A stretch of 64,000 nucleotides of DNA. Origin: an uncultured delta proteobacterium. GTDB lineage: Bacteria > Myxococcota > B64-G9. A program made the position numbers and the translations under genes. The stretch covers positions 1 to 64,000 of the forward strand of contig CAVWHX010000001.1 in NCBI GenBank assembly GCA_963754925.1. The letters are read 5' to 3'. Below are positions 10,717 to 21,402 of this stretch, in pieces. Every line of letters starts with the position of its first letter. Within the stretch, counting starts at the first letter, position 1. The notes beneath the pieces are model-generated. The model saw nothing but the letters and a program-made list of their open reading frames with translations, did no database searches and was not told where the DNA came from.

Positions 10717-10870
10717 CGCATGCCTCCCACGCAGTAAATAGGTTCGGTGATCAGAACCTGAGCCAACCTATACACCTGATAGATTCGGGTGGCAACTAGG
10801 CTTGTTCTCAAAACACCTATCGATGTAGTATTGATTGCATTTTTATCGAGATCGAGCCTCTGTATACGAA

Positions 10871-12619
10871 ATGACGACAGCGCCTCGACAACCGGTTGAC
10901 CGCACCACAGACCTTGAACCGTGGTTGCAACGTTTCATGCAACGGCCGCTCCTCGCGCTAGACGTTGAGACCGAAGGCTTGGATCCGCATAGTCATAAGG
11001 TTCTGCTGCTCGGTATCGGCGACGATCGAGAGCAGCTATTGGTGGACTGCCGGAGTGTCTCGCTGGAGCCTCTGCTGCCGTTGCTGCAGGGCCCGACATT
11101 GAAAGTGACGCATCATGGCGCCTTTGACCTGGCCATGCTGCGCGGGCGCAACGTGCGCTGCGAGCATGTGCTCGACACGATGCTCATCGAACAAGTGCTG
11201 CAAAACGGCCGCCGCGACAACCGACTTTCCCTTGCGGCACTCGCTTCGCGTTACCTGGGCATGAGGCTCGACAAAAGCGAGCGGCTTTCCTTTACCACCC
11301 ACACGGGCGCTTTTTCTGACCAGCAACTCGAATATGCGCGTCGCGACCTCATAGCAACGTATTTGATCCTGCTGGAGCAGATGCCGGAGTTGGGGCGCGA
11401 CAGACTCGACAGCGCCGCGCGACTTGAGTGCGAGGCCATGCCGGCCTTTGCCGATCTGGCGTACGATGGCCTGTTTTTAGACCGTGCCCGTTGGTCTGCG
11501 TTGATAGACGAAGCGCAGGTCCAACGAGACGCCCTCAGAAAGGAGATCGATTCGCTGGTTGCAAAGGTGGTGCAGACCGATCTGTTTGGGGAGGTGGACG
11601 TCAATTACGAGAGCGAAGCCGAGTTGCGCGAGGTGCTCGCCAAATTGCTCGGCCGGCCCGTTAAGGATTTGAACAAACACGCTCTCAAGCGCCTCGGACA
11701 TCCGGTGGGCGAGGCGCTCCTCAAATACCGCGAACAAACCAAGCTCGTCTCAACGTACGGCGAAAGTTTTTTGGAGGCGATCCATCCGCGCACCGGCCGC
11801 ATTCACGCCGACTTTCAGCAAATTGGGGCGCCCACCGGCCGGGTTTCATGCAGTCGTCCCAATATGCAGAATATCCCCCGCGGCAGCCGCTTCCGAAGCT
11901 GTTTTCGAGCCCCCGCCGGCCGCGCGATGGTGACCGCCGATTACAGTGGGTGCGAACTGCGCATCCTGGCCGAGGTAAGCGACGATCCGAGCTTTATCAG
12001 AATTTTTTCCCGGGGAGGCGATTTACACTCGTTTGTGGCCGGCGAAATTTTTGGCGTTCCGGTGAGCAAAGACCAGAACGTTCACCTGCGCGACCGGGCC
12101 AAGGCCATCAACTTTGGATTGGCCTACGGCATGGGCGCCGGCGGGCTTGCGCAGGTGACCGGCCTCCGGTTGGAGGAGGCCGAGCAACTCTTGACCCGAT
12201 ATTTCAAGGCGTTTCCCGGTATCAAAGCCTATCTTGACTCATCGGCTGAGGAAGCCATTCGACGGGGCTACGCACAGACGATTGGCGGGCGGCGGCTGTA
12301 CCTTGGGGTGGGTGACGCGGTCGAAGGGGGAGATCTCGCGGCGCTCGAGCGGGTGGCCAAGAACATGCCGATTCAGGGCACAAACGCCGACATGCTCAAA
12401 GTCGCTATGGCGGGCATTCGTCAACGATTGTGGAAAGAAAATCTCAATGCTTGTATGGTGAACTGTGTTCATGACGAGTTGTTGATCGAGGCGGCTGCCG
12501 ACAACGCGTGGGATGTGGCGGACGTCGTGCGCGAGGAGATGGTGAAAGCAGGCGAACGTTTTATTCATAAGGTCCCGGTGGTTGTTGACGTATCGGTCGC
12601 AGAGCATTGGGAGAAATAG
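10871..12619 (+). CDS. Family A DNA polymerase with 3'-5' exonuclease, lacking the 5'-3' exonuclease domain
   Basis: Exo motifs DVETEG, HHGAFDL, YARRD; polymerase motifs DYSGCELRILA, RDRAKAINFGLAYGMG, NMPIQGTNAD, VHDE. Confidence 0.93.
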   Translation: MTTAPRQPVDRTTDLEPWLQRFMQRPLLALDVETEGLDPHSHKVLLLGIGDDREQLLVDCRSVSLEPLLPLLQGPTLKVTHHGAFDLAMLRGRNVRCEHVLDTMLIEQVLQNGRRDNRLSLAALASRYLGMRLDKSERLSFTTHTGAFSDQQLEYARRDLIATYLILLEQMPELGRDRLDSAARLECEAMPAFADLAYDGLFLDRARWSALIDEAQVQRDALRKEIDSLVAKVVQTDLFGEVDVNYESEAELREVLAKLLGRPVKDLNKHALKRLGHPVGEALLKYREQTKLVSTYGESFLEAIHPRTGRIHADFQQIGAPTGRVSCSRPNMQNIPRGSRFRSCFRAPAGRAMVTADYSGCELRILAEVSDDPSFIRIFSRGGDLHSFVAGEIFGVPVSKDQNVHLRDRAKAINFGLAYGMGAGGLAQVTGLRLEEAEQLLTRYFKAFPGIKAYLDSSAEEAIRRGYAQTIGGRRLYLGVGDAVEGGDLAALERVAKNMPIQGTNADMLKVAMAGIRQRLWKENLNACMVNCVHDELLIEAAADNAWDVADVVREEMVKAGERFIHKVPVVVDVSVAEHWEK

Positions 12620-12652
12620 TAGCCGGTTGAACCTTGATCCGTGGGGTACCTG

Positions 12653-14011
12653 ATGAACGAAAGCTTGAAAACCGTCTCTGCTGCTGCTCCGCCTACCATC
12701 GTCATCATCGGCGCCGGATTCGCGGGGCTTCACTGCGCCCGCGAGCTCACGCGCGCCCCGGTGCGGGTCACCCTCGTCGACCGTCGCAACCACCACCTTT
12801 TTCAACCGTTGCTATACCAGGTCGCCACGGCGGGCCTCAACCCGGACGACATTGCCGTGCCCACCCGCTCACTGGTCCACCGCCAAAAGAACCTCGATGT
12901 CGTAATGGCCGAGGTCCAGCAGTTCGATCTGGCCGGACAGCGCGTCATCTTTACCGACGGCTCGGATTTGCCATACGACTACTTGCTGGTCGCCACCGGC
13001 GTCACGCACTCCTATTTCGGCAGGCCTGAGTGGGGACGTTTCGCCCCCGGGCTCAAGACCGTCGAAGATGCGCTCGAGATTCGACGGCGTGTTTTCAAGG
13101 CATTTGAGGATGCGGACCGGGAACCGGATCCGCAGCGACGCGAAGCGCTGCTGACGTTCGTCATCGTGGGAGCCGGGCCGACGGGCGTGGAGCTTGCCGG
13201 CGCGCTGGTCGAGATCGCGCGCCATACCCTGAGATCGGAATTCAGACGCATCGACCCGCACCGGGCGCGCATCCTGCTGCTGGAAGGCACCACGCGCGTT
13301 TTACCCGCCTATACACCCGATCTGTCGGCAGCAGCCCTGCGTCAATTGAACGAGCTCGGGGTCGAAGTGCGGACCAACGCGCGGGTCACCGGCATCGACG
13401 GCCAGGGCGTGGCGATCGGGGAGGAGCGCATCCCCGCGCGGACGGTGTTGTGGAGCGCGGGTGTAGTCGCCTCGCCGCTCGCAGCTGCGCTGGGCGTGCC
13501 GTTCGACCGCGCCGGGCGCGTCAAGGTACATTCCGATCTTACTATTCCGGGACGCGAAGAGGTATACGTTGCCGGCGATCTGGCGCTCACGATTCAGAAG
13601 GATGGTACGCCGACGCCCGGGATTGCTCCTGCGGCGATCCAGGGAGGCAGGCAGGTTGCGCACAACATCCTGCGTACGATGCAGGGTAAATCGCGCAAGA
13701 CTTTTCACTACCGCGACCGGGGAGCGCTCTCGACGATAGGCCGGCACCGCGCCGTCGGCTACCTATGGCGGCTGCACGTCACCGGAACGCTCGCTTGGTT
13801 TGCATGGCTGTTCATCCACATCTTTTTCCTGATTGGGTTTAAAAACCGCTTCATGGTATTGGCTCAGTGGGCCTGGTACTACCTGACCTACGGTCATGGA
13901 GCGCGAGTCATCGTAGACACCCCGCACCAGTGGCAATTTGTGGCGGCGGACGCCGAGAAGATGTGCAATCCCGACGGCGAACTGCGGTTGCCGCCCACGC
14001 CCCCCCCATGA
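12653..14011 (+). CDS. ndh: Type II NADH dehydrogenase
   Basis: IIGAGFAG, NHHLFQPLLYQVATAGL, VGAGPTGVELAG, APAAIQGG, WLFIHIFFLIGFKNR. Confidence 0.92.
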   Translation: MNESLKTVSAAAPPTIVIIGAGFAGLHCARELTRAPVRVTLVDRRNHHLFQPLLYQVATAGLNPDDIAVPTRSLVHRQKNLDVVMAEVQQFDLAGQRVIFTDGSDLPYDYLLVATGVTHSYFGRPEWGRFAPGLKTVEDALEIRRRVFKAFEDADREPDPQRREALLTFVIVGAGPTGVELAGALVEIARHTLRSEFRRIDPHRARILLLEGTTRVLPAYTPDLSAAALRQLNELGVEVRTNARVTGIDGQGVAIGEERIPARTVLWSAGVVASPLAAALGVPFDRAGRVKVHSDLTIPGREEVYVAGDLALTIQKDGTPTPGIAPAAIQGGRQVAHNILRTMQGKSRKTFHYRDRGALSTIGRHRAVGYLWRLHVTGTLAWFAWLFIHIFFLIGFKNRFMVLAQWAWYYLTYGHGARVIVDTPHQWQFVAADAEKMCNPDGELRLPPTPPP

Positions 14012-14077
14012 AGAGAAATCGAGGTCATCACGAAACAATACGTATATTGACGTGGTATCAACCAGGAGGGTCATACT

Positions 14078-14872
14078 ATGGGATTTGTAAAATCGTTACC
14101 GGAGATCATGTCCAATATGCGCCAAACCGCCGATTTTTATGACGCGGAAATGCTCACGATATTCTGGGAGACCAAGCCCGAGATCGTTGCCCGGCTCCTT
14201 CCGCCGCCGCTTCAGCCTGCCAAAGACTGCATTGCCGTGGCGTTCGTCGCGAATTATCCTCGAACCAATTTCGATGTCACCTATAAGGAAAGCGCACTGT
14301 TTCTTCGCGCCGTTCACAACGGCGAAGACGGAAACTATTGTCTGTCGATGCCGGTCACCAACGATATGGCGATGGCAGGCGGTCGGGAGGTCTATGGGTT
14401 CCCGAAAAAGATTGCCGATATCCACTTCAAGCGAGACGGCGACGCAATCCATGGATGGACCGAGCGTCGCGGGGTTCGGTTCATGGAGGTGCGCGCCAGG
14501 CTCAACGGAAAATTCAATGACGACCAGGCCCAAGAAAAAATTATGTCAACGAGCATAGAACCCGACGGGTCGATAAAGGCGGTTGCCTATAACGTTAAGT
14601 ACTTTCCGGCGCCCGAGGGCGCTGCCTTTGATTATAACCCGCGCCTGGTAAGGCAGGAAACCGTAATGCGACCAAAAGAACTTCTGTTTGGGGGAGCAGA
14701 ACTCATTCTCACGTCCTCTAACTACGATCCGTGGGCTGAGGTGGAGGTAGTGAAAATGCTCGGCGCGTTGTATACCGTGGGAGACAACTCCATGCTTGGC
14801 GGTAGGGTAGTCGCCGAAGTAGATCTCGCACAATTTATACCGTACGCCTTTTTGAAATGGGACATGAAGTAA
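14078..14872 (+). CDS. Acetoacetate decarboxylase family protein
   Basis: YKESALFL, AMAGGREVYGFPKK signature; AGGAGG upstream. Confidence 0.88.
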   Translation: MGFVKSLPEIMSNMRQTADFYDAEMLTIFWETKPEIVARLLPPPLQPAKDCIAVAFVANYPRTNFDVTYKESALFLRAVHNGEDGNYCLSMPVTNDMAMAGGREVYGFPKKIADIHFKRDGDAIHGWTERRGVRFMEVRARLNGKFNDDQAQEKIMSTSIEPDGSIKAVAYNVKYFPAPEGAAFDYNPRLVRQETVMRPKELLFGGAELILTSSNYDPWAEVEVVKMLGALYTVGDNSMLGGRVVAEVDLAQFIPYAFLKWDMK

Positions 14873-14922
14873 GCGCTCCGTAAGAGTCCCCCCGGCATTG
14901 ATACTATAGGAGAGCGGCGAAC

Positions 14923-16143
14923 ATGACCTACCGCGATATTGATTTGAATCTGAGCGCAGAGACAGAAGCTATGGTCAAGCAGGTTAAAAAATTCAGCATG
15001 GAGATCATGCGTCCGGCAGGCATCAAACTGGATAAGCTCGCACATCCGCAGGATGTGATCGCTCACGATTCAGTCTTGTGGGATGTATTCAAGGGGTTTC
15101 GGGAACTTGGCCTCCACCTGTTCCAGATTCCCAAAGCCTGCGGCGGCATGGCCGAAGAAGTGGATCCCATGGCGGGAGTGCTGATTACCGAACAGCTTGG
15201 GTATGCAGACGCGGGCCTCACCATCAGCCTAGGGGTGTCCTGCATGCCGTTCAATGTTGCCGCCCTTATGACGACCCCTCTCATGCAACAGCTTGCTCGT
15301 GATTTCTGTGCCGACAAAGAGGGAAAAATGATCGGCTGCTGGGCGATCACCGAACCGGACCACGGCAGTGATTGGAGTCTCGGCGGAAACAACCCCAGGT
15401 GTGGCCCTTCCGTTAAGGCGGTGCTCAAAGGCGATGAATATATTATCAATGGTGAAAAATCTTCATGGGTTTCAAACGGAACCATCGCCACCCATGCTTT
15501 TCTCCATGTGGCGCTGGATCCGTCCAGGGGTATGCAGGGCCAGGGTCTGGCGATCGTTCCCTTGGACCTGCCCGGCATTTCGCACGGGAAACCGCTGGAT
15601 AAAATGGGCCAAAGGCCATTGAACCAAGGATCGATCATTTTCGAGGACGCCAGAATCCCGAAGGAGTACATGGTCATTCCCTATTCGGATTTCATCAATG
15701 CCTCGGCAGGACAAGGGCTGGCTGCCGTAAATGGAAGCATGGCAATCGTCTTTGCCGGGCTCGCAAAGGCGGCATTTGACGAGGCATTCGTCTATGCCAA
15801 GCAAAGAATTCAAGGCGGAGTGCCCATAGGCGAGCATGCCGCCATCAAGCTCAAGCTGATGAGGATGTTTACCATGGTTGAGGCGGCCAGGGCCAACGCG
15901 CGCCGGATGGCTCTCTACAACCTGCAAAATCGTTTTTCCCCGGCGGTGGCCCATGCAGTGGCGGCCAAATGTTTTTCAACCGAAACGGCTACTACCGTCG
16001 CCAGCGAGGCCATGCAGATATTCGGCGGTTACGGCCTGGCAAAAGAGTACCCCATCGAAAAGATGTTCCGCGACGCCCGGGCAAGCATGATCGAGGATGG
16101 GGTGAACGATGCCCTGTCCATAAAAGCCATGGAATACCTCTAA
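14923..16143 (+). CDS. Acyl-CoA dehydrogenase
   Basis: CWAITEPDHGSD, INGEKSSWVSNG, KMGQR, YAKQRIQGG, QIFGGYG...EKMFRDAR. Confidence 0.95.
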   Translation: MTYRDIDLNLSAETEAMVKQVKKFSMEIMRPAGIKLDKLAHPQDVIAHDSVLWDVFKGFRELGLHLFQIPKACGGMAEEVDPMAGVLITEQLGYADAGLTISLGVSCMPFNVAALMTTPLMQQLARDFCADKEGKMIGCWAITEPDHGSDWSLGGNNPRCGPSVKAVLKGDEYIINGEKSSWVSNGTIATHAFLHVALDPSRGMQGQGLAIVPLDLPGISHGKPLDKMGQRPLNQGSIIFEDARIPKEYMVIPYSDFINASAGQGLAAVNGSMAIVFAGLAKAAFDEAFVYAKQRIQGGVPIGEHAAIKLKLMRMFTMVEAARANARRMALYNLQNRFSPAVAHAVAAKCFSTETATTVASEAMQIFGGYGLAKEYPIEKMFRDARASMIEDGVNDALSIKAMEYL

Positions 16144-16195
16144 GAAGCAAAAAAACAGAACCGAGAACCACATAGATAATTATTGGAATTTTCTG

Positions 16196-16224
16196 TTGAC
16201 AGCTAATTCATGAAATGGTTTAAG
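16196..16224 (+). promoter_or_regulatory. Putative sigma70-type promoter conserved upstream of all three esterase copies (also at 17746 and 19401)
   Basis: TTGACA, a 17-nt spacer ending ATGARATGG, then TTTAAG/TTTCTT/TTTATT in the three copies. Confidence 0.45.
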
Positions 16225-16308
16225 CGTTTATTAGTAATAACACATTAGGGTTTTGTTAGTACCGATTTACTGTTATGTACTAACCAATAACTGTAACAGG
16301 AGATAATC

Positions 16309-17663
16309 ATGAAGAAAATGCTTATCTTGTCGAGGGATTTCTTATCGTGGAACGGTATTTTTGCTACGATCGCCGTGCCAATCGCATTGGCGCTTTCCGG
16401 GTGTGTTACGGAAGGTATTATGGTACCTAGTGATTGGCCGGCCTCCCCAACCCCGAGCGACACGAGCCCCTTTAAAGAGGTCTACGAGGCCGGCCTGACC
16501 AAGTATGTCGGTGAGTCCTTCATCCGGCCAACGAGCGTTACGAGGGTCGAGCTCTCGCCCCCCATCGACATCTACCACTTTTCGAAGTCAGATACCGAGC
16601 GCGGCCCGCTCTGCATGGACGGCAGCGACTTCACCGTTGAGGCGAGCGACGGATCTCTTCTGACCAGCTCCTCTTCTTCCTTGACCCAGGCGGCGTCTGT
16701 CTCTCCGAGATTTGCATTGCCACCCCGAGCCAAATACTGTCGCTGGTTACCTTGAAACTCGCCAATGTTGTCGGCATCGGCGGCATACTGAATCGATCTA
16801 TGTCTCAGAATCCCATGGCCAACTTCAATGTCGTTCATATTCCCTATTGCGACGGAAGCATATTCACGGGAGACACCGATCGTCCCCTTGCATACGACCT
16901 GTTGAGCAGCACACCGAAAATGGCCTACCAGCGCGGCCTCCAGAACCTCACCGCCGCATTTGAAGTAGCCAAACAGAGGCACCCGAACCCATCGCGCATC
17001 GCGCTGACCGGATCGAGCGGCGGAGCGTACGGTATCGTAGCGGGCATGGCCCTTGCGCGCTACTACTATCCCAATACCGAAATCGTCGTGATCGCCGATT
17101 CGGGCGCGCCCATATTGCGCGACCTTGACAAGGACTTCGTGCGGCGAGCATTGGTCGATTTAAACGCCATTCAGTACGTCCCCTTTAAATCCTGTCCCGA
17201 TTGCATCGCCAACGGGCATGTTACGAAGATAATCGCCTGGGCTCTGGAACGCGATAATAACCTCCGGGTGGCTACCATGAGTCACACCGATGATTTCGTG
17301 ATCGGAGATATTTACATGAAGAGCCCGCCGCCCATTTTCCGCACCGCTATGTTGCGTGAGACCGGTGATCTTGTCCAATCCTTTCCCGGCCGCGTCCATC
17401 GCTTCATCACGCTGGGCAGGGGACACACCTACCTGCTCGATGTCGGGGCGATGGATGTTATTATGGATATAATGGGCGGTATCGCAACGGGTACTTCTGA
17501 CATTCCTAACGATATTGATTCCGCAACGTTGTATAATATGTTGCAGGGCACCTTAACGCAGAAGGAAGTCGACCAGGCCGGGAACGAGGTCACCGGCTAC
17601 GAGTGGATTACCGAATTTCTCAACAGTCCTAACACGTTGCAGGACGTCGTCGACACCCAATAA
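16309..17663 (+). CDS. Pectinacetylesterase-family lipoprotein, divergent copy 1 (one frameshift near 16657)
   Basis: Lipobox LSGC; CMDGS; the shifted frame reads DQLLFFLDPGGVCLSEIC into ORF 16752..17663 with HIPYCDG, GSSGG, IADSG. Confidence 0.8.
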
Positions 17664-17845
17664 ACGAAATCAGAAGATAACCAACAGACCTCCTTTTTGT
17701 ATGTGTCCAATTCCCACCCTTTTTCAAGAATAATGAATTTTTCTATTGACATCTGCGCAATGAGATGGTTTCTTCGTTTTATATTTTTGTACACCGTGTC
17801 AGTTTTCCGTAGTGTTGCATTGCCATTGGGAACACCAGTAACCAC

Positions 17846-19216
17846 ATGGAGGAAAAGGCTATGAAAAGGATTCATGTTGGTTTCAAGCGTGGCTTGCATC
17901 GACGAGCTTTTCTTGCGTTAATTGCCACGACGGGCATGCTCACGGTTTTCGGGTGCGTTTCGGCGGATGTATTACCCAGTGATTTTCCGGATACCCCCAC
18001 CCCAAGCGCTACGAATCCTTATCAAGAGATCTACGACGCCGGGCTGACCAAGTATGTCGGCCAGTCCCTCGTCCGGCCCTCGAGCGTCACGGAGATCGAG
18101 GTCACTCCCCCCATCGATGTCTGGAACTTTCCGAAATCAGACACCGGGCGGGGCCCGCTCTGCATGGGGGGCAACGATTTCTTCATCGAGACGCGCGATG
18201 GGACGTCCAATGATCTCTTGATCTACCTGCAGATGGGCGGCGTTTGTCTCAACGAGATCTGCGCGGCGACCCCCAATCCGATATTGAACTTGCAGGTCTT
18301 TACGTTGGGTAATCTCATCGGTATGGGCGGCATCTTGAATCACTCCGATTCCCGCAACCCCATGGCCAACTACAACGTGGTTCACATACCCTACTGCGAT
18401 GGGGCGTTATTCATGGGTGACGTTGATCGCGTTCTCCAATATGGTGGAACTTCGGTGGCCACTGCGAAGCCCGCCATGGCCTACCAGCGCGGCCTCCAGA
18501 ACCTCACCGCCGGTTTCGAAGTCGCCAAGATGAAGTACCCGAATCCGTCGCGCATCGTCCTTGCCGGGTCGAGCGGCGGGTCGTACGGCATCATGGCGGG
18601 TACGGCGCTCGCGCGCTTATACTATCCCGATACCCCCCTCCTCACCATCGCCGACTCGGGCGCACCGATGGGGCGCGATAACGACAAGGATTTCATACGG
18701 GTAGCGTTGACGGAGCTGAACGCCATCCAGTATATCCCCCTAGCATCCTGCCCCGATTGCATCGCCAACGGGCACGTCACGAAGGTCATCGACTGGGCTT
18801 TGCAGCGCGACCCGACCTTACAGGTGGCGTCCATGAGTCACGCCGACGACGCCATCATTGGGACCTTCTTCATGCAGAGTCCGCCACCCATATTTCGAGA
18901 CGCGCTGGTCACGCAAACCGAGTCTCTCTCTAACTGGGGCAGTCGTGTCCATAGCTTCATCACGCCGGGAACGCAGCATACGTATCTGCTCGACATTTGG
19001 GTTCCCTCCCTGATGCAAGAGGTGTTGATGGGCACCTTCGGCTGGGTCGTCTTCAACGGTGTCAATGCTGATCCCATCACGGAGTTTAGTTGGTCGTTTG
19101 GCGACCTGTCGACGACCGCGATCGACCAGGGCGGGTACAAGGTTGACGGGTTCCAGTGGCTTACTAACTTAATCAACGATCCCAGCACCCTCCAGAACGT
19201 CCTCAACCTTGAGTAA
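17846..19216 (+). CDS. Pectinacetylesterase-family Tat lipoprotein, copy 2
   Basis: HRRAFL twin-arginine motif plus VFGC lipobox; LQMGGVC, VHIPYCDG, LAGSSGGSYG. True start may be 17861. Confidence 0.85.
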   Translation: MEEKAMKRIHVGFKRGLHRRAFLALIATTGMLTVFGCVSADVLPSDFPDTPTPSATNPYQEIYDAGLTKYVGQSLVRPSSVTEIEVTPPIDVWNFPKSDTGRGPLCMGGNDFFIETRDGTSNDLLIYLQMGGVCLNEICAATPNPILNLQVFTLGNLIGMGGILNHSDSRNPMANYNVVHIPYCDGALFMGDVDRVLQYGGTSVATAKPAMAYQRGLQNLTAGFEVAKMKYPNPSRIVLAGSSGGSYGIMAGTALARLYYPDTPLLTIADSGAPMGRDNDKDFIRVALTELNAIQYIPLASCPDCIANGHVTKVIDWALQRDPTLQVASMSHADDAIIGTFFMQSPPPIFRDALVTQTESLSNWGSRVHSFITPGTQHTYLLDIWVPSLMQEVLMGTFGWVVFNGVNADPITEFSWSFGDLSTTAIDQGGYKVDGFQWLTNLINDPSTLQNVLNLE

Positions 19217-19500
19217 CGCCGATCGGAGTCACCGAGCTAAGGTGGCAGCAGTTACCAGTGGATAACCGGTTATCTCAACAATCCTGCCACGCTACAGGAA
19301 GTCGTAACTATTCAATAACAGAAGTCTAATGCTTTCAAACAGACCTCCTTTTTGTATGTGTCCAATCCCCACCATTTTTCAATAAGAATGAATTTTTACA
19401 TTGACATCTGCGCAATGAGATGGTTTATTCGTTTTATATTTTTGTACACCGTGTCAGTATTCGGTAGTCTTGAATTGCCATTGGAAGCACCAATAACCAC

Positions 19501-20871
19501 ATGGAGGAAGAGACTATGAAAAGGATTCATGTTGGGTTCAAGCGTGGCTTGCATCGACGAGCTTTTCTTGCGTTAATTGCCACGACGGGCATGCTCACGG
19601 TTTTCGGGTGCGTTTCGGCGGATGTATTACCCAGTGATTTTCCGGATACCCCCACCCCAAGCGCTACCAATCCCTATCAAGAGATCTACGACGCCGGGCT
19701 GACCAAGTATGTCGGCCAGTCCTTCTGCCGGCCAGCGAGCGTCACGGAGATCGAGGTCACTCCCCCCATCGATGTCTGGAACTTTCCGAAATCGGAAACG
19801 GAGCGGGGCCCGCTCTGCATGGGGGGCAACGATTTCTTCATCGAGACGCGCGATGGAACAACTAACGATCTCTTGATCTTCTTGCAGATGGGCGGCGTTT
19901 GTCTCAACGAGATCTGCGCGGCGACCGCCAATCCGATATTGAACTTGCAGGTCTTTACGTTGGGTAATCTCATCGGTATGGGCGGCATCTTGAATCACTC
20001 CGATTCCCGCAACCCCATGGCCAACTACAACGTGGTTCACATACCCTACTGCGATGGGGCGTTATTCATGGGTGACGTTGATCGCGTTCTCCAATATGGT
20101 GGAACTTCGGTGGCCACTGCGAAGCCCGCCATGGCCTACCAGCGCGGCCTCCAGAACCTTACCGCCGGTTTCGAGGTCGCCAAGATGAAGTACCCGAATC
20201 CGTCGCGCATCGTCCTTGCCGGGTCGAGCGGCGGGTCGTACGGCATCATGGCGGGTACGGCGCTCGCGCGCTTATACTATCCCGATACCCCCCTCCTCAC
20301 CATCGCCGACTCGGGCGCACCGATGGGGCGCGATAACGACAAGGATTTCATACGGGTAGCGTTGACGGAGCTGAACGCCATCCAGTATATCCCCCTAGCA
20401 TCCTGCCCCGATTGCATCGCCAACGGGCACGTCACGAAGGTCATCGACTGGGCTTTGCAGCGCGACCCGACCTTACAGGTGGCGTCCATGAGTCACGCCG
20501 ACGACGCCGTGATTGGGGCCTTCTTCATGCAGAGTCCGCCGCCCATATTTCGAGACGCGCTGGTCACGCAAACCGAGTCTCTCTCTAACTGGGGCAGTCG
20601 TGTCCATAGCTTCATCACGCCGGGAACGCAGCATACGTATCTGCTCGACATTTGGGTTCCCTCCCTGTTCCAAGAGGTGTTGATGGGCACCTTCGGCTGG
20701 GTTGTCTTCACCGGTGCCAATGCTGATCCCATCACGGAGTTTAGTTGGTCGCTGGGCAACTTGTCGACGACCGCGATCGACCAGGGCGGGTACAAGGTTG
20801 ACGGGTTCCAGTGGCTTACTAACTTAATCAATGATCCCAGCACCCTCCAGAACGTCCTCAACCTTGAGTAA
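19501..20871 (+). CDS. Pectinacetylesterase-family Tat lipoprotein, copy 3
   Basis: About 17 amino-acid differences from copy 2 over 456 aa by manual comparison. Confidence 0.85.
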   Translation: MEEETMKRIHVGFKRGLHRRAFLALIATTGMLTVFGCVSADVLPSDFPDTPTPSATNPYQEIYDAGLTKYVGQSFCRPASVTEIEVTPPIDVWNFPKSETERGPLCMGGNDFFIETRDGTTNDLLIFLQMGGVCLNEICAATANPILNLQVFTLGNLIGMGGILNHSDSRNPMANYNVVHIPYCDGALFMGDVDRVLQYGGTSVATAKPAMAYQRGLQNLTAGFEVAKMKYPNPSRIVLAGSSGGSYGIMAGTALARLYYPDTPLLTIADSGAPMGRDNDKDFIRVALTELNAIQYIPLASCPDCIANGHVTKVIDWALQRDPTLQVASMSHADDAVIGAFFMQSPPPIFRDALVTQTESLSNWGSRVHSFITPGTQHTYLLDIWVPSLFQEVLMGTFGWVVFTGANADPITEFSWSLGNLSTTAIDQGGYKVDGFQWLTNLINDPSTLQNVLNLE

Positions 20872-21011
20872 CGCCGATCGGAGTCACCAGGCTTAGGCAA
20901 AATCCCCCCCCTTGTGCAGCTAAAACTTGTGCACTAACGCTGATAAGTTGCGCGAAGCGTAACTCATTGAGCATCTACCCTTGACGCTTCGAATATTCTA
21001 TTTTTGTTCGG

Positions 21012-21317
21012 TTAGCTTAACTCGGCCGGAATCTCTGAGATTAAATCTGGTATCTTCTCGGTAGTAAATTTTGGATTGCGGGAGAAAAGGGTCTGTCCTT
21101 CATGTTGACTACATTGAAGGAATCCCTTTGAGCACAGGTACGTCAAAGCGGCTTGAGCTTCTTCTTCATTACACTCAAGCCACCAGCCGGACACACCACT
21201 CAAGTTATCGCGGGCCTGTGGGTTTGACTGTAGATAGTGGATAATTCGAAATACAAGCCGTCTAATCTCGATGTTGCGACTTCTTACGATTCTATCTACC
21301 ATTTCTTTGTACTGCAT
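21012..21317 (-). CDS. Small hypothetical protein, possibly winged helix
   Basis: 101-aa ORF with AAGGA upstream; YLQSNPQARDNLSGVSGWWL...AALTYLCSKGFL; directly downstream of the sigma54 activator. Confidence 0.65.
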   Translation of the reverse strand: MQYKEMVDRIVRSRNIEIRRLVFRIIHYLQSNPQARDNLSGVSGWWLECNEEEAQAALTYLCSKGFLQCSQHEGQTLFSRNPKFTTEKIPDLISEIPAELS

Positions 21318-21402
21318 AGGTCATCCTTTAGCCACCCCTCCGATACTGTAGTTATATTTTACTGACGCGATGGGTGATGCGCCAGGAAAATTTTATATTA
21401 TT

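Larger units (their letters stand above)
17683..20888 (+). repeat. Tandem duplication, units 17683-19233 and 19338-20888 (period 1655 bp)
   Basis: Near-identical upstream region, CDS and 3' tail (TAACGCCGATCGGAGTCACC) in both units. Confidence 0.95.

Noticed and set aside
10740..10759. AGGTTC-N8-GAACCT palindrome between the lipoprotein and polymerase genes as an SOS box
   Set aside because: Single instance that does not fit a LexA consensus I can state with confidence
20946..20964. AGTTGCGCGAAGCGTAACT hairpin as another copy of the TAG-flanked element
   Set aside because: It has a GAA triloop but lacks the tandem GA, the CTTATCC linker and the flanking TAGs
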